In this document: in pieces, positions 27,270 through 37,268 of the stretch
How the letters are laid out: every line of letters starts with the position of its first letter
How positions within the stretch are numbered: position 1 is the first letter of the stretch
Virus record (IMG/VR): IMGVR_UViG_3300024177_000003
Span: 5,683 to 69,682 of that record
Direction: 5' to 3' (one strand)
From: a virus
DNA: 64,000 nucleotides
Translations under genes and position numbers: made by a program
The notes under the pieces: model-generated
What the model was told of the DNA's origin: nothing
Seen by the model: only the letters and a program-made list of their open reading frames with translations
Databases searched by the model: none

Positions 27270-27693
27270 ATATATCCGTCAACGCGACAACATCGCCACT
27301 ATCGAAGATCGTCACAAGGAGGAGCTGCGTCCGTTCAAAGAGGTGCAGGAAATTCTCACCGTCAAGCTGCTGGAAATACTCGATCACACCGGTCAGGAAA
27401 GCGCCCGTACCAAATCCGGGACCGTCACGAAAGGAGTCCACACCACCGCATCATGCGCCGAAGATCCCGACGGATTCATTCAGTTTGTGCGCAAGAATGA
27501 CTTGTGGGAACTCGTCAATCGCGCCGCGAACAAGGATGCCTGCATGCAGTATCTCGACCAGCATGGTGTGCTGCCGCCGGGCGTCAAGCTGAACCACCGC
27601 CGCACTGTCAGCGTCAAGGTACCGACCAAGACCAAATCCAAATCTAAAACCAACTCCGACCAACTGCTGAAACTGGTGTCCAACAATGGCTAA
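27235..27693 (+). CDS. Conserved phage replication-module protein
   Basis: Coiled-coil N-terminus, RTKSGTV and LPPGV motifs typical of genes next to SSB in such modules. Confidence 0.7.
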   Translation: MTVWDMNNLVAEYIRQRDNIATIEDRHKEELRPFKEVQEILTVKLLEILDHTGQESARTKSGTVTKGVHTTASCAEDPDGFIQFVRKNDLWELVNRAANKDACMQYLDQHGVLPPGVKLNHRRTVSVKVPTKTKSKSKTNSDQLLKLVSNNG

Positions 27694-28870
27694 CAATGTC
27701 GTTCCGTTCCAAATGGCGCCGGCTTTCGCCGAAGCGCTCAATCCCGCAGAGCAATTCGGCGAAGGCATCAATGCTGCCGGATTTAACCGCATCTCGATCA
27801 AGGGCAAGCGATTCACGCTGTTCCACGAAGGCGCGCCGTATCAGTTCACGACGTTCGATACGGACGGCAACAAGATCATCAAGCAGCACATCGATTGCGT
27901 TGTCCTGGCCGAAAATCCGAAGACGGCACGCACCTATTACGCAGACGCCTATGTCGAAGGGTCGAATGCTTCGCCGACCTGCGCCTCGTCCGACGGCATT
28001 CGCCCGGATTCCGGCACTGAAATACAAGCGAAGAGCTGTCATAACTGCCTTCAGAACCAGTGGCCGGGCGGCCGCCGGGCGAAACCGTGTAAGGAAAATC
28101 GGCGGGTGGCCCTCCTGCTGACCGACGGCATGTTCAAGGGCAAGCACGGGCCCAACACGCAGCCACCGTTTACAGGCGTTACGGTGTTTCCGGTGTTCTT
28201 CCGGATCGCGCCGGATTCGCTGAAAGCCTACAAGCAGTATTGCGACCACCTGCATTCGATCGGCGCGCATCCGTCGTCGGTCGTCACCCGCATCAGCTTC
28301 GAAGAGAAAGAACAGAATCGGCTCAAATTCGAGATGATCCGGCCGCTGACCAACGCCGACGCTCCGGTGGTGCTGCCGCTGCGGACGTCAACCGAGACCA
28401 AGGCGCTGATCGGCACCGGACCGGCGTTGTTGGAATCGTCCGGATCGCCGCCGCCGATTCAAAGGCCGAAACCGGTCGTCGAGGAAGACAACACGGGCTT
28501 TGGCGGGCAGCAGGAAACGATCGGCGGCGGCCGACCGCTCAACCCGTATGCGCAAGAGCGCGGCCGTCTGGCGGCCGGCGACGACGCCCCGGTGCCGCAG
28601 CGCCAGCAGCGGGCGCCTGTCATCGAGGATGATGACGAAGCAACCGCGGCCTTCGGTGAGCAGACCGTCACGGCCGACGCGTCGGAGGCGTCGGAAGAGA
28701 CGGTTGTCGCCGAACCGCCGAAGCGGCGCGGGCGTAAACCGGCGGCCAAGGCAGCCAGCGACGACGATGAATCGGGAGGTGCCGTCGTCAAAAACGCCGG
28801 CGACGACCTCGGGCTCGACGGGCTGGTGGGGAACCTGCAAAATAGGATGAAGAATTACCAGTCTACCTAA
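27686..28870 (+). CDS. Putative ssDNA-binding/annealing protein
   Basis: RISIKGKRF, RTYY, PTCASSDG, C..C..N and KPCK motifs, plus a long acidic disordered tail. Confidence 0.65.
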   Translation: MANNVVPFQMAPAFAEALNPAEQFGEGINAAGFNRISIKGKRFTLFHEGAPYQFTTFDTDGNKIIKQHIDCVVLAENPKTARTYYADAYVEGSNASPTCASSDGIRPDSGTEIQAKSCHNCLQNQWPGGRRAKPCKENRRVALLLTDGMFKGKHGPNTQPPFTGVTVFPVFFRIAPDSLKAYKQYCDHLHSIGAHPSSVVTRISFEEKEQNRLKFEMIRPLTNADAPVVLPLRTSTETKALIGTGPALLESSGSPPPIQRPKPVVEEDNTGFGGQQETIGGGRPLNPYAQERGRLAAGDDAPVPQRQQRAPVIEDDDEATAAFGEQTVTADASEASEETVVAEPPKRRGRKPAAKAASDDDESGGAVVKNAGDDLGLDGLVGNLQNRMKNYQST

Positions 28871-28882
28871 GAGGTCAGCCGG

Positions 28883-31800
28883 ATGGGGGAGATCGAGCGC
28901 TTCCTTTCGGCGGTGCTCGCTTGGGGATCCGGTGGCTACGTCTGGCTGCAGGCGCTCTATGCGAAGAACCCGCGCTGCACGAAGCAGGGTTCCTACCGCC
29001 GCCACGGATACACGACTGCCGCGGAGCTGCTGCGTTCCGCGGCCGCCATTAACGTTGAGTACGTCGACGTCTATTTCTGCCTGTCGATGCAGCGCAGCGA
29101 CCACGTCCGTTCAAAGGACGGCGCCCACGCCTTCCGGGCGCTGTTCTGCGACATCGATGTCCGGCCGGGCGACCCCAACCACTACGAAACGTTCGAAGAG
29201 GCCAAGGAAGCGCTGCTGCGCTTCTGCCACCTGATCGGCATCCCCGAGCCGTCCTGGATCGTCCACAGCGGCCACGGCCTGCATGCCTATTGGTGCTCGC
29301 ACCGGGATCTATCCGTCGCCGAGTGGCGTCCCATCGCCGAGGCCTTCAAGACCGCCGCCATGGCGGCCAGCCCGAAGCTCTTGATCGATATGAGCGTCAC
29401 CGCGGACGCCAGCCGGATCTTGCGTTTGCCCGGGACGCTCAATTGGAAACGTGAAGATTACCATACCCACGATCCTGACAGCCCGCAGCCGGTGCAGCTC
29501 CTGCCGTCCAGCGAGGCGGTCTATGAATTCGACGTCGTTTTCGCTGACATGGTGCGGGATTTCCCCTACGACCCGACGGCCAGACGCCCGGCAGGGCCCC
29601 AGGTCGGCATGGCCTCGGAATTCGCCGCGCAGCTCATGCCAGGCGATCGTTTTGGCGCAGGCATCGACGTCAACACGATCGGGCTGGTGCCGTTCGAAGG
29701 GGTGAAAAAAGTCTGCGGCTGGCTGCGACACGTTTACGACACGCATGGTGAGCACGAAGACCAGCCACGCTGGAACCAGGCGGTCTTATGCGCGACGTTC
29801 ATGCAGGACGGGCAGACGCTCGCGCATGAATTCAGCAACGCCTATCCACGCTATACCGCCGAAGATACGAACGAACTATGGCATCGCAAGAACAACGAGC
29901 GCACCCGCAGCGGCGAGCGAATCGGCTGGCCGTCCTGTCTCGCGATTAAGGACCTCGGCGCCGAGGCCTGTCAGACCTGCCCGTTGTCCGGCAAGGGCAA
30001 GTCACCGCTGTGGCACGGTTACGTGGCTTATCGCGAAACGATCACCGCAGAACAAATCGACGCGGAAGTCAAAGAGCTTGGCGGTGAAAAACCAGCCTAT
30101 TTACGACTTCCACCTGGATTTTATATCGATGAACAGTCCCGCATCAGCGCGTATATGGCGCCGGTCATGTCTGGTACCAAGCTCAAATCTGGTGGCCGGC
30201 TGCTATGGTTGTTTGCCAATGCGGTGCCGACGGCACCGCGGATCGAAGGAATCGGCGAGCATTACGGCATCCGCTTTACGATCGAGACAACGCGCGGACG
30301 CACCCAGGAGGTGTTTCTTTCCGCGCACGACACGCACTCACAGCGGGAGATACGTAAAGCTTATGCGGTCAGCGGTGCGCTCTTGAACCCCGACTCGGAA
30401 GCGAAGGACATGTTGGATAAATTTTCGACGTCATGGCTCGATAGTCTGCGTAAAGAGGACGTTTCCGAAGAGCGCGATTTAGGCGAATTGGGATGGCGGT
30501 ACAGGAACGGCGCCATCGTCGGCTTTATCTATGGCGGGGTCTTCTATCGATCGGATGGCTCTACGGCGCCGTCGATGCCCAGCGTGGCCGAAAGTGAATT
30601 CTATAGATGGTATAGGCCAGCAGGAAATACAACCGTCTGGGCGCAGGCCTCGAAATTGATCACTGACCGCAAGCGGCCCCAGCTCGACTTGATCATCGCC
30701 TCCGCCTTTGCCGCCCCCCTGACGGTGTTCGCCGGGTCGTTATACGGCCCGGTGCTGGTGGTCTGGGGCGACTCCGGCACCGCCAAGACCACGGCACAGC
30801 AGGTTGCCTCGAGCGTGTGGGGGCAACCCAAGCAGACCCGCGAGTCGTTGATCTCGACACCGAAATCGATTCTCGGGCGCCTCGGCCGTACGCGCAACCT
30901 GCCGTCGTTCTGGGATGACGTCCAGGATGAGCGCCACCTGGAGGGGCTATTCAATACGATGTTCGTGGCGACGGAAGGGGCCGAAGGCAGTCGCTTGAAC
31001 GTCGATACCTCGGTCAAGGAACGTAAGCAGTGGCAGACGATGATGGTCGTCGGTGCCAATATGTCCTTTGTTGAATTTCTGACACGGAAGCAAAAGTCCA
31101 CGACGGCCGGCATGCGCCGGGTCTTCGAGGTTCATCTCAAGAAAATGGCCAACGAACCAGGGATGATAAACGCGTTGGAGGCAAGCCGGACATTCGCGAG
31201 CCTCGAACATCATTACGGGCACGTTGGCCAGCAATACGCGAAGCTCCTGGCGTGCGAACACGAATACGTCAGCGGGCTGGTCACGGAGGTCATCAATCGT
31301 TTCAGCGCTAAAGTGGGAGCGAACAGCGACGAAGCGTTCTGGGTTGGCCTGTGCGGCGTGCTGCTGGTCGGCGCGATGCTCAGCCGCACCTTCGGCGCCG
31401 ACATCGATATTGCCAGGCTTGAACACTATCTTGTCGGTGCCTTCTTTGAAAATCGCCGTGTCCGGGCGGAAGAAGGGACTGAAGGCGGGACGTACGAGCA
31501 CACCGAACACGCGCTCACCGGATTCATCAACGAACATTATCTCGAAGGCCATTTTATCGTTGTGCAGAATCGCTGGTTCAACCGGCACACCGTCATTCAT
31601 TCGTTGCGCGACCCCAACACCGGCAAGACGATCTACATCCAGGTCGTACGCGATGATCGGATGCTGATCGTCTCGAAACGGGCGTTTCGGGCTTGGCTCG
31701 ATAAACAAGACATCCGATCGCGGCATGTGTTCACCGGGTTGGCGCAGTGGTTCAGCGCCGAAGAAAAGCGCATGACCTTAGGATCCGGCACCGCCTTTGC

Positions 31801-31888
31801 CCAGACCCAGGAAGCATGTTTCTTCATCCCCGTGCCGGAGGACGGGCCGCTGGTCGAATTCCTCGATGGAACGGCCAGGAAGGCCTAG
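28883..31888 (+). CDS. Primase-helicase (RepB-like AEP primase + DUF927 + P-loop)
   Basis: FCDID, SGHGLHAYW, D.SRILRLPGT.N, Cys cluster, LGW, Walker A GDSGTAKT and WDD. Confidence 0.88.
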   Translation: MGEIERFLSAVLAWGSGGYVWLQALYAKNPRCTKQGSYRRHGYTTAAELLRSAAAINVEYVDVYFCLSMQRSDHVRSKDGAHAFRALFCDIDVRPGDPNHYETFEEAKEALLRFCHLIGIPEPSWIVHSGHGLHAYWCSHRDLSVAEWRPIAEAFKTAAMAASPKLLIDMSVTADASRILRLPGTLNWKREDYHTHDPDSPQPVQLLPSSEAVYEFDVVFADMVRDFPYDPTARRPAGPQVGMASEFAAQLMPGDRFGAGIDVNTIGLVPFEGVKKVCGWLRHVYDTHGEHEDQPRWNQAVLCATFMQDGQTLAHEFSNAYPRYTAEDTNELWHRKNNERTRSGERIGWPSCLAIKDLGAEACQTCPLSGKGKSPLWHGYVAYRETITAEQIDAEVKELGGEKPAYLRLPPGFYIDEQSRISAYMAPVMSGTKLKSGGRLLWLFANAVPTAPRIEGIGEHYGIRFTIETTRGRTQEVFLSAHDTHSQREIRKAYAVSGALLNPDSEAKDMLDKFSTSWLDSLRKEDVSEERDLGELGWRYRNGAIVGFIYGGVFYRSDGSTAPSMPSVAESEFYRWYRPAGNTTVWAQASKLITDRKRPQLDLIIASAFAAPLTVFAGSLYGPVLVVWGDSGTAKTTAQQVASSVWGQPKQTRESLISTPKSILGRLGRTRNLPSFWDDVQDERHLEGLFNTMFVATEGAEGSRLNVDTSVKERKQWQTMMVVGANMSFVEFLTRKQKSTTAGMRRVFEVHLKKMANEPGMINALEASRTFASLEHHYGHVGQQYAKLLACEHEYVSGLVTEVINRFSAKVGANSDEAFWVGLCGVLLVGAMLSRTFGADIDIARLEHYLVGAFFENRRVRAEEGTEGGTYEHTEHALTGFINEHYLEGHFIVVQNRWFNRHTVIHSLRDPNTGKTIYIQVVRDDRMLIVSKRAFRAWLDKQDIRSRHVFTGLAQWFSAEEKRMTLGSGTAFAQTQEACFFIPVPEDGPLVEFLDGTARKA

Positions 31889-32136
31889 GACCGCGGCTTG
31901 ACCGCAGGCAGCTTTTTCGAATCCCCTTCGGTGTCCGACATTTCGCCACCCGGACTCGATTTGCCGTAATCGGTGCGTTGCTGGCTGGTGCGGAACGTGT
32001 CCGGCGTTTTGATGAACCGCGAATTGGTCTTGTTGATGCATTCGCCGCCTTCAGCGAAGCGGGCAGGCACCGGCTTGGAGCCTTTGACGTATTGCGTTGC
32101 CATTACGGCCTCCATGTTAAGGCTTTGACGGCCCAC
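31885..32136 (-). CDS. Small hypothetical protein (FAEGG motif)
   Basis: Last gene of the minus-strand block. Likely start is MATQYV after GGAGG. Confidence 0.55.
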   Translation of the reverse strand: MGRQSLNMEAVMATQYVKGSKPVPARFAEGGECINKTNSRFIKTPDTFRTSQQRTDYGKSSPGGEMSDTEGDSKKLPAVKPRS

Positions 32137-32315
32137 ATTTGGGCTGTTTGCGCGTTGGCGATGGAGGCCATGCGCTTGACCGCCTCATCGGTGCTATTCT
32201 CTCGTAAATCATGCATTTGATCGATGAGCGCCGCATAGCCTGCTTTACAGCGATGGACGGTTTCATCACCCGAAGGGTTGAAAGTGAGGCCAACAGCACG
32301 TTCTCCAAAGGTCAT
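32103..32315 (-). CDS. Acb2/Tad1-like helical hairpin protein (candidate sponge)
   Basis: FNPSGD...K...A.LID...R.ASIA...AQMWAVKA pattern. Confidence 0.6.
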   Translation of the reverse strand: MTFGERAVGLTFNPSGDETVHRCKAGYAALIDQMHDLRENSTDEAVKRMASIANAQTAQMWAVKALTWRP

Positions 32316-32318
32316 TTT

Positions 32319-35300
32319 TTACCTCGCTGGGATCTGATATTTCGGCTCTGCCGGTAGCCCGCGTAGCGCCCGATCGCGGGCGCGAGCGTTTTCTGCCCGT
32401 TTCCATTCCCGGATATCGCGTGCATCGGCGCTTTTGGCGAAGCCTGTCGGATCTGTCTGCCAGGTCCCCGGCGGTCGCAGCCCCATGAGCTGTTCCGGAT
32501 AGGAAATGTTAGACCCTTTCTTTGACGTCTGGGCGGCCTGCTCGCCGAAAATGGGCAGGAATTTCTGACCCAACGCTGTGGCACGGCGTTTAACGTTTTC
32601 AGCCATCGATGCATGTGGCGGCACGATCGGTTCTGGACCGTAGGCCGTCATGCGTTCATTGCGCCATTGATCGGCAATCGCCTGGCCGAGCACCGGCGAC
32701 TTGTTGCCCAGCTCATCGGTAATGTCGGTTAGCTTGCCGCCCGGCAGCAGCGGCCTGGTGTAAGCCCGGATGTCTTTGTGGTAGCCCGGCAGCAAGCCTT
32801 CTTCCTTGACAGTACCCTTGCCGCCGACACCCGGTGCGGTGCCCCCGGTATGGGGGGTGCCGAGGAAGGCGGGCAGGATGTCGTCTTTCTCGACTTTTCC
32901 GGTTTTGGCGTAAGTGTAGAGCATGCCGAGCATTCCAGTCGTCAGCGCGTAGGTCAGCGCTGAAGCAGCGCGAGGGTCGTAATGCTGCGACGTGATGCTG
33001 AAACGATTCTGCCCCTGTGCCGCACCTTTAACGGCCGATAGCGTCCCACCAGCGAGACCGCGGAGCGTGCCGCCGATCGTAAATGACGGTGATTGAAAGG
33101 CGAGCGACATCAAATCTTTCGCCGCTTTGTTCATGAACGTGTTGTCGTGAACGGCTTCACCCATGAAATTGTCGGCATTCTTGGTGATCTGGACGGCCAT
33201 ATCCTGGAATTGCTCCTGCGGCGCATTCGGGTTGGCTCTGCGCCATGCTGCCAGGTTGGCGTATTGGGCGGCAAGTTTGATACGTGGAATGTAAGCCTCA
33301 AACAGCGGCTGCGAGACGACAGACATCAGCCGCAGGGCCTGCCGTGGGATGAACAACGCACCGGCACCGATATCGCGGGTCTGTGCGATACGCTGCAGCT
33401 CTGTCTTCCACCCTGGAATCAACGCGCCACGCATTGCCGCCGTGAACATCGACCCGGCACGCGACATTTCATAATCCATGGTGTGACTGACACCGAACGG
33501 CTTAATATTGGCGTTGCGAAGCGCATCGACGATCGACTGTTCTTCATGCGTGACGTTCTGGGCTCGGCCTAGATAAATATCGCGGATGCGATTGGCTTCG
33601 CCGATCCCCGTGACCGGGCGGATCACGCCGCGGACAAGGCTCTGGATCGAGCTTGTGGGTTTACCGGCAGCCATCTCCGATGCCGCGATATTGAGCGCCT
33701 GCCCCAGCGTCTCATGAACTGTCGTTATGGCGTGATACGCCGGACCGAGCAGTTTTATCTGTGTTGCCGCGTTGGACGTCTGGCGCCAGGCATCGAGGAG
33801 ATTCTGGGGAACAATCCGCGCCAAGCCCGGGCTGTGAAAATTGTTGAACGCCTCGGCGAATTCCCGCGGTGCATAGGCTTGCGCGCCACCCTGTTCAACA
33901 CCTTCAAGGCGAGTCCAGCCCTCCGGCGGTCTGCCGACGACTCCGGGTTCCGGCGTGCCGGCGCCGCCGACGGCATGGGGACGGAAATATTCGATGTAAC
34001 CGGCGCGCTGACCTTCGCCGAGCTGCTCTTGCCGAGAAATGAATTTGGACATCGAATCGACGTACATCAGCGTGCGTTCGATCGGGTTATGGGTGACTGG
34101 AGTCAATCCATGGGCCATAGCCTCTTCGTCGGTCTGGAACCGTTTCTGCCGCAAGCTGCGACCACCGCCTGCCGTTGTCGGCCCGCCTCCACCGGCGTAG
34201 GTACCCATGGCGGCCGGTCGTCCGGACGGATCCATGAAATGTCCGGTCATGTAGTTGTCACGAAATTGCTGCTGAGCGAACTCCGGCTGTGACGTGATGT
34301 AATTTTCGAACCGTTTATAGATGTCACGCACCGTATTGGCGACGTTTCGCATTTCCGGCGGCGGTTGGTAGCCGGGAAAATGGTTGCCGCCTTGGATGTA
34401 ATTGGCGAGCTGCCGCTGCTCGAGCGGCGTTGATCCGTTGATCGCCCTGTGCATCGCGTCGGTGAACGCATGATGCGCGATCTGCTTCTCCTGCTCGGCA
34501 CGCCCCTCGGCCTTCATGATGATATCGCGGGCGGCACGCCCAGACGACGATGAGCTTGCGCGCGTGCCGGTCCAGCGCAAGAGCGCCGGGATGAGCCCGT
34601 CCTGCAAATCCTGCCGGGTCGCGCCTACAAGCCCACGGCCTTGTGGCGTTCCTTGTGTGGTCCCACCACCGGCCGGCGGCGGCGGCGTCAGCGGTGGATT
34701 CGCTGGCGGCGTGGGGACATGGGGTGGACCGCCGGCAGGGGGTTGGGCCGGAGGCTGGGCCTGCGCCGTCGGTGGCGCGGCTGGTGGTGGCGTGGCAGCT
34801 TGTCTGCTCTGCAGCACGGCGGTCGCTGCCTGCCGCATCGCCTGGGATTTCACCCCAGCGATAAGTTGCCGAAGCTCTGCGTCGGTTAAACGGGAGAGCG
34901 TCGTGTCGCGTTTGGTATCCGACATCGCCTGTTGCTGCTGTGTCGGCTGCTCGATGGTCGGCTGTTCCGGCTCTTTAACCTGCCTAAGCTTCTCCTGGCG
35001 CTGCCGCTGCTCTTCCTGCCATACCCGTTGTTGTTCGCGTTGAGCGTCGGTCGGCATGTGCCGGCTTTGTGGCTGTTGTTGTTCTTGTTTTGTCCCCCCA
35101 GCTGCGGCCGGCAAATTTTCTGAAATCCGGTCAAGTTGCTCCCGTGCGCGGGCGAGCGGCGCGCCCTCGGCCGTTCGCGTCTTGACCGGCCCTCGCTCCG
35201 CGGCCGCGAGCGCTTCGGCGGCGTCAGCCGCAGCGCCGCGGGTGCGCGAGCGTGCGGGCGGTCGTGCGACGGGCGCCGGCTCTTTCCGCGGTGTGGCGGG

Positions 35301-37268
35301 CCGATCGAGACTCTCGAGCTGTTCGCGCGCCTGCGCCAAGGCTTGACGCCCTGCAGTCCGTGCCGGGATTGCCGGCGCCGGTTCGCCGACAGGTCGTTCG
35401 GCACCGGCCAGGGCCGTGCGCGCAGCGCTGAGCGCAGCGCGCTGCGCCGGCGGTGAAGACACCATGCGCTCACCGGATGGTGCGCGTGCAGCGGCTTCGC
35501 GAGCTTTGCTGGCCGCAACAGCAGTTTGTGCGGCCGGGGATGGTTCGCTGCGCGCTTTGCTGGTCGCCACGACCTCGGCTGCGGCATCGGGCAACCCGAA
35601 CTCGGCCTTGGCCGCTTCGACTCGCGCCCGGTGCATCTCCGCACGCTGTCGGATCGCCGCGATCGCGCGATCGGTCTCCTGCGCCATCTGCCGGTCGATA
35701 CTACCGACGTGAAGACTGAGGTAATTCCGGAACTTGTCAATCACCGGGTTACCTGTCGCAGATGCTGGCGGCTGCGATGGTACGGCGATTTTATCTGTTT
35801 GATCCGACAGCGTTTTTTCGGACGGCGATTTAGCGGCGATTTGCTCCGGCGATTTGGCGGTTGGCTCCGGTTCTACGCGCGTAACCGGTGGCTTTACCTC
35901 CGGCTGAGCCGCAGGCTCCGACACGGTATCAGCGCGCGGCGCCTCGGCCGCAGCGTTGCGCTGCTTGATCTGATCGAGTACCGCCTGGATCCGGGCGTCA
36001 GCCTCGGGGCTGAGTGTCTGCTGTTCGGCAGGGGCTGCCGGCTTCACCGCCGTGGCCTGTTCCTGGGCATGCAGCTCCGCATCGTCTTCAAACAGCGCCC
36101 GCAAAGTCGGGTCCATGCCGTCATGGATGACGTTGACCTGCCCAGCTGGTGCTTGTTCTTTAGCGTAGGAGGAGTCTACCGTTGAACGCGCGTTGACCGG
36201 CTTAGTCTGTTCAGCCGCGGTACCGAGGCTGTTCGAACCTGGGTTGCCGGACTGGGGTGGTGTCGTCGTTCTGGTGTTTGGCGCGTCGGCAATGCCAGAG
36301 GTCGTACCTTCGACTTGTGGATTGGATTCGCCACCAACTTGCTCTGGCACGCGCACGGGCGGCCACACGTCACGCGTAGGCGTGGCAGGCATAACGTTCT
36401 GTACGTTCGGTGTAGGCGCAACAATATTATTAGTTGTAGGCGCAATAGCGTTGGGCGCCGGCTGCGTCGAACCGGACGGTGGCACAGCGGGTACCGGCTG
36501 TTGGTGGACTCGCGCGCCGATCTTTTCGCCGAGCGTTGTCGGGCCCCACCCTTTCGGCGCCGCCGCACCCAACGCCGTGCTGAGGGCGACGTCCCGCAGC
36601 CCTTCCGCGGTGCCGAGCTTGCCTTGGTAGCCCTGCTGGCCGGCTTCGACGGCACCGCTGATGGCTCCCGCCTGCGCCATGTTCTTCGCCGTCATTGCCA
36701 GCGACGGCCGGAAGCCGAGAAGATTCGTAGCCAGCTGACCGGCCTTGGCCCAATACGGATGCATCTCTGCATTACGCTGCCGGATCGCTGCGTCGTCACC
36801 GAACATGGCACGCTGCGCCGCTTCGGATGGATCCGACGCGGCATACGCACCCCAACCACCTCCGAGGATGCCACCAACAGTAGACCCGACCGGACCGGCA
36901 CCGAGCGCACCGAGACCGGCACCGGTCGCCGCTCCGGTGAGAAAGCCTGCGGCCGCGGGTGGTGCGCTATGACGAAACTCACGCAGGAACGTGTCGATCC
37001 TGCCTTCAGGTTGCGGTGGAGGGGGCGGGGGGTCCGGCACGTCGCCGAAATCCGGGTACTCACGCTGTTGCGCCAGCGGCGCCACCGGCAGATCGGGGCG
37101 CGATCCTGACGACGGGGTCGCCGGCTGGTCGGGAACGTCGCCAAAGTCAGGGTATTCACGCTGTTGCGCCGGCTGTAGCGGTATATCTGCCGCTGCGACC
37201 TGGTCCCCACCGCCACCGCTTGTGTCGTCGGCGACAATCTGGTCGACGGTGTCGTCGTCATTGTCCAC
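32319..37268 (-). CDS. Large internal virion / DNA ejection protein
   Basis: 1649 aa; Gly/Ala hydrophobic N-terminal segment, long Pro/Ala/Gln disordered middle, helical C-terminus; last of three large genes after the tail genes. Confidence 0.6.
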   Translation of the reverse strand: MDNDDDTVDQIVADDTSGGGGDQVAAADIPLQPAQQREYPDFGDVPDQPATPSSGSRPDLPVAPLAQQREYPDFGDVPDPPPPPPQPEGRIDTFLREFRHSAPPAAAGFLTGAATGAGLGALGAGPVGSTVGGILGGGWGAYAASDPSEAAQRAMFGDDAAIRQRNAEMHPYWAKAGQLATNLLGFRPSLAMTAKNMAQAGAISGAVEAGQQGYQGKLGTAEGLRDVALSTALGAAAPKGWGPTTLGEKIGARVHQQPVPAVPPSGSTQPAPNAIAPTTNNIVAPTPNVQNVMPATPTRDVWPPVRVPEQVGGESNPQVEGTTSGIADAPNTRTTTPPQSGNPGSNSLGTAAEQTKPVNARSTVDSSYAKEQAPAGQVNVIHDGMDPTLRALFEDDAELHAQEQATAVKPAAPAEQQTLSPEADARIQAVLDQIKQRNAAAEAPRADTVSEPAAQPEVKPPVTRVEPEPTAKSPEQIAAKSPSEKTLSDQTDKIAVPSQPPASATGNPVIDKFRNYLSLHVGSIDRQMAQETDRAIAAIRQRAEMHRARVEAAKAEFGLPDAAAEVVATSKARSEPSPAAQTAVAASKAREAAARAPSGERMVSSPPAQRAALSAARTALAGAERPVGEPAPAIPARTAGRQALAQAREQLESLDRPATPRKEPAPVARPPARSRTRGAAADAAEALAAAERGPVKTRTAEGAPLARAREQLDRISENLPAAAGGTKQEQQQPQSRHMPTDAQREQQRVWQEEQRQRQEKLRQVKEPEQPTIEQPTQQQQAMSDTKRDTTLSRLTDAELRQLIAGVKSQAMRQAATAVLQSRQAATPPPAAPPTAQAQPPAQPPAGGPPHVPTPPANPPLTPPPPAGGGTTQGTPQGRGLVGATRQDLQDGLIPALLRWTGTRASSSSSGRAARDIIMKAEGRAEQEKQIAHHAFTDAMHRAINGSTPLEQRQLANYIQGGNHFPGYQPPPEMRNVANTVRDIYKRFENYITSQPEFAQQQFRDNYMTGHFMDPSGRPAAMGTYAGGGGPTTAGGGRSLRQKRFQTDEEAMAHGLTPVTHNPIERTLMYVDSMSKFISRQEQLGEGQRAGYIEYFRPHAVGGAGTPEPGVVGRPPEGWTRLEGVEQGGAQAYAPREFAEAFNNFHSPGLARIVPQNLLDAWRQTSNAATQIKLLGPAYHAITTVHETLGQALNIAASEMAAGKPTSSIQSLVRGVIRPVTGIGEANRIRDIYLGRAQNVTHEEQSIVDALRNANIKPFGVSHTMDYEMSRAGSMFTAAMRGALIPGWKTELQRIAQTRDIGAGALFIPRQALRLMSVVSQPLFEAYIPRIKLAAQYANLAAWRRANPNAPQEQFQDMAVQITKNADNFMGEAVHDNTFMNKAAKDLMSLAFQSPSFTIGGTLRGLAGGTLSAVKGAAQGQNRFSITSQHYDPRAASALTYALTTGMLGMLYTYAKTGKVEKDDILPAFLGTPHTGGTAPGVGGKGTVKEEGLLPGYHKDIRAYTRPLLPGGKLTDITDELGNKSPVLGQAIADQWRNERMTAYGPEPIVPPHASMAENVKRRATALGQKFLPIFGEQAAQTSKKGSNISYPEQLMGLRPPGTWQTDPTGFAKSADARDIREWKRAENARARDRALRGLPAEPKYQIPAR

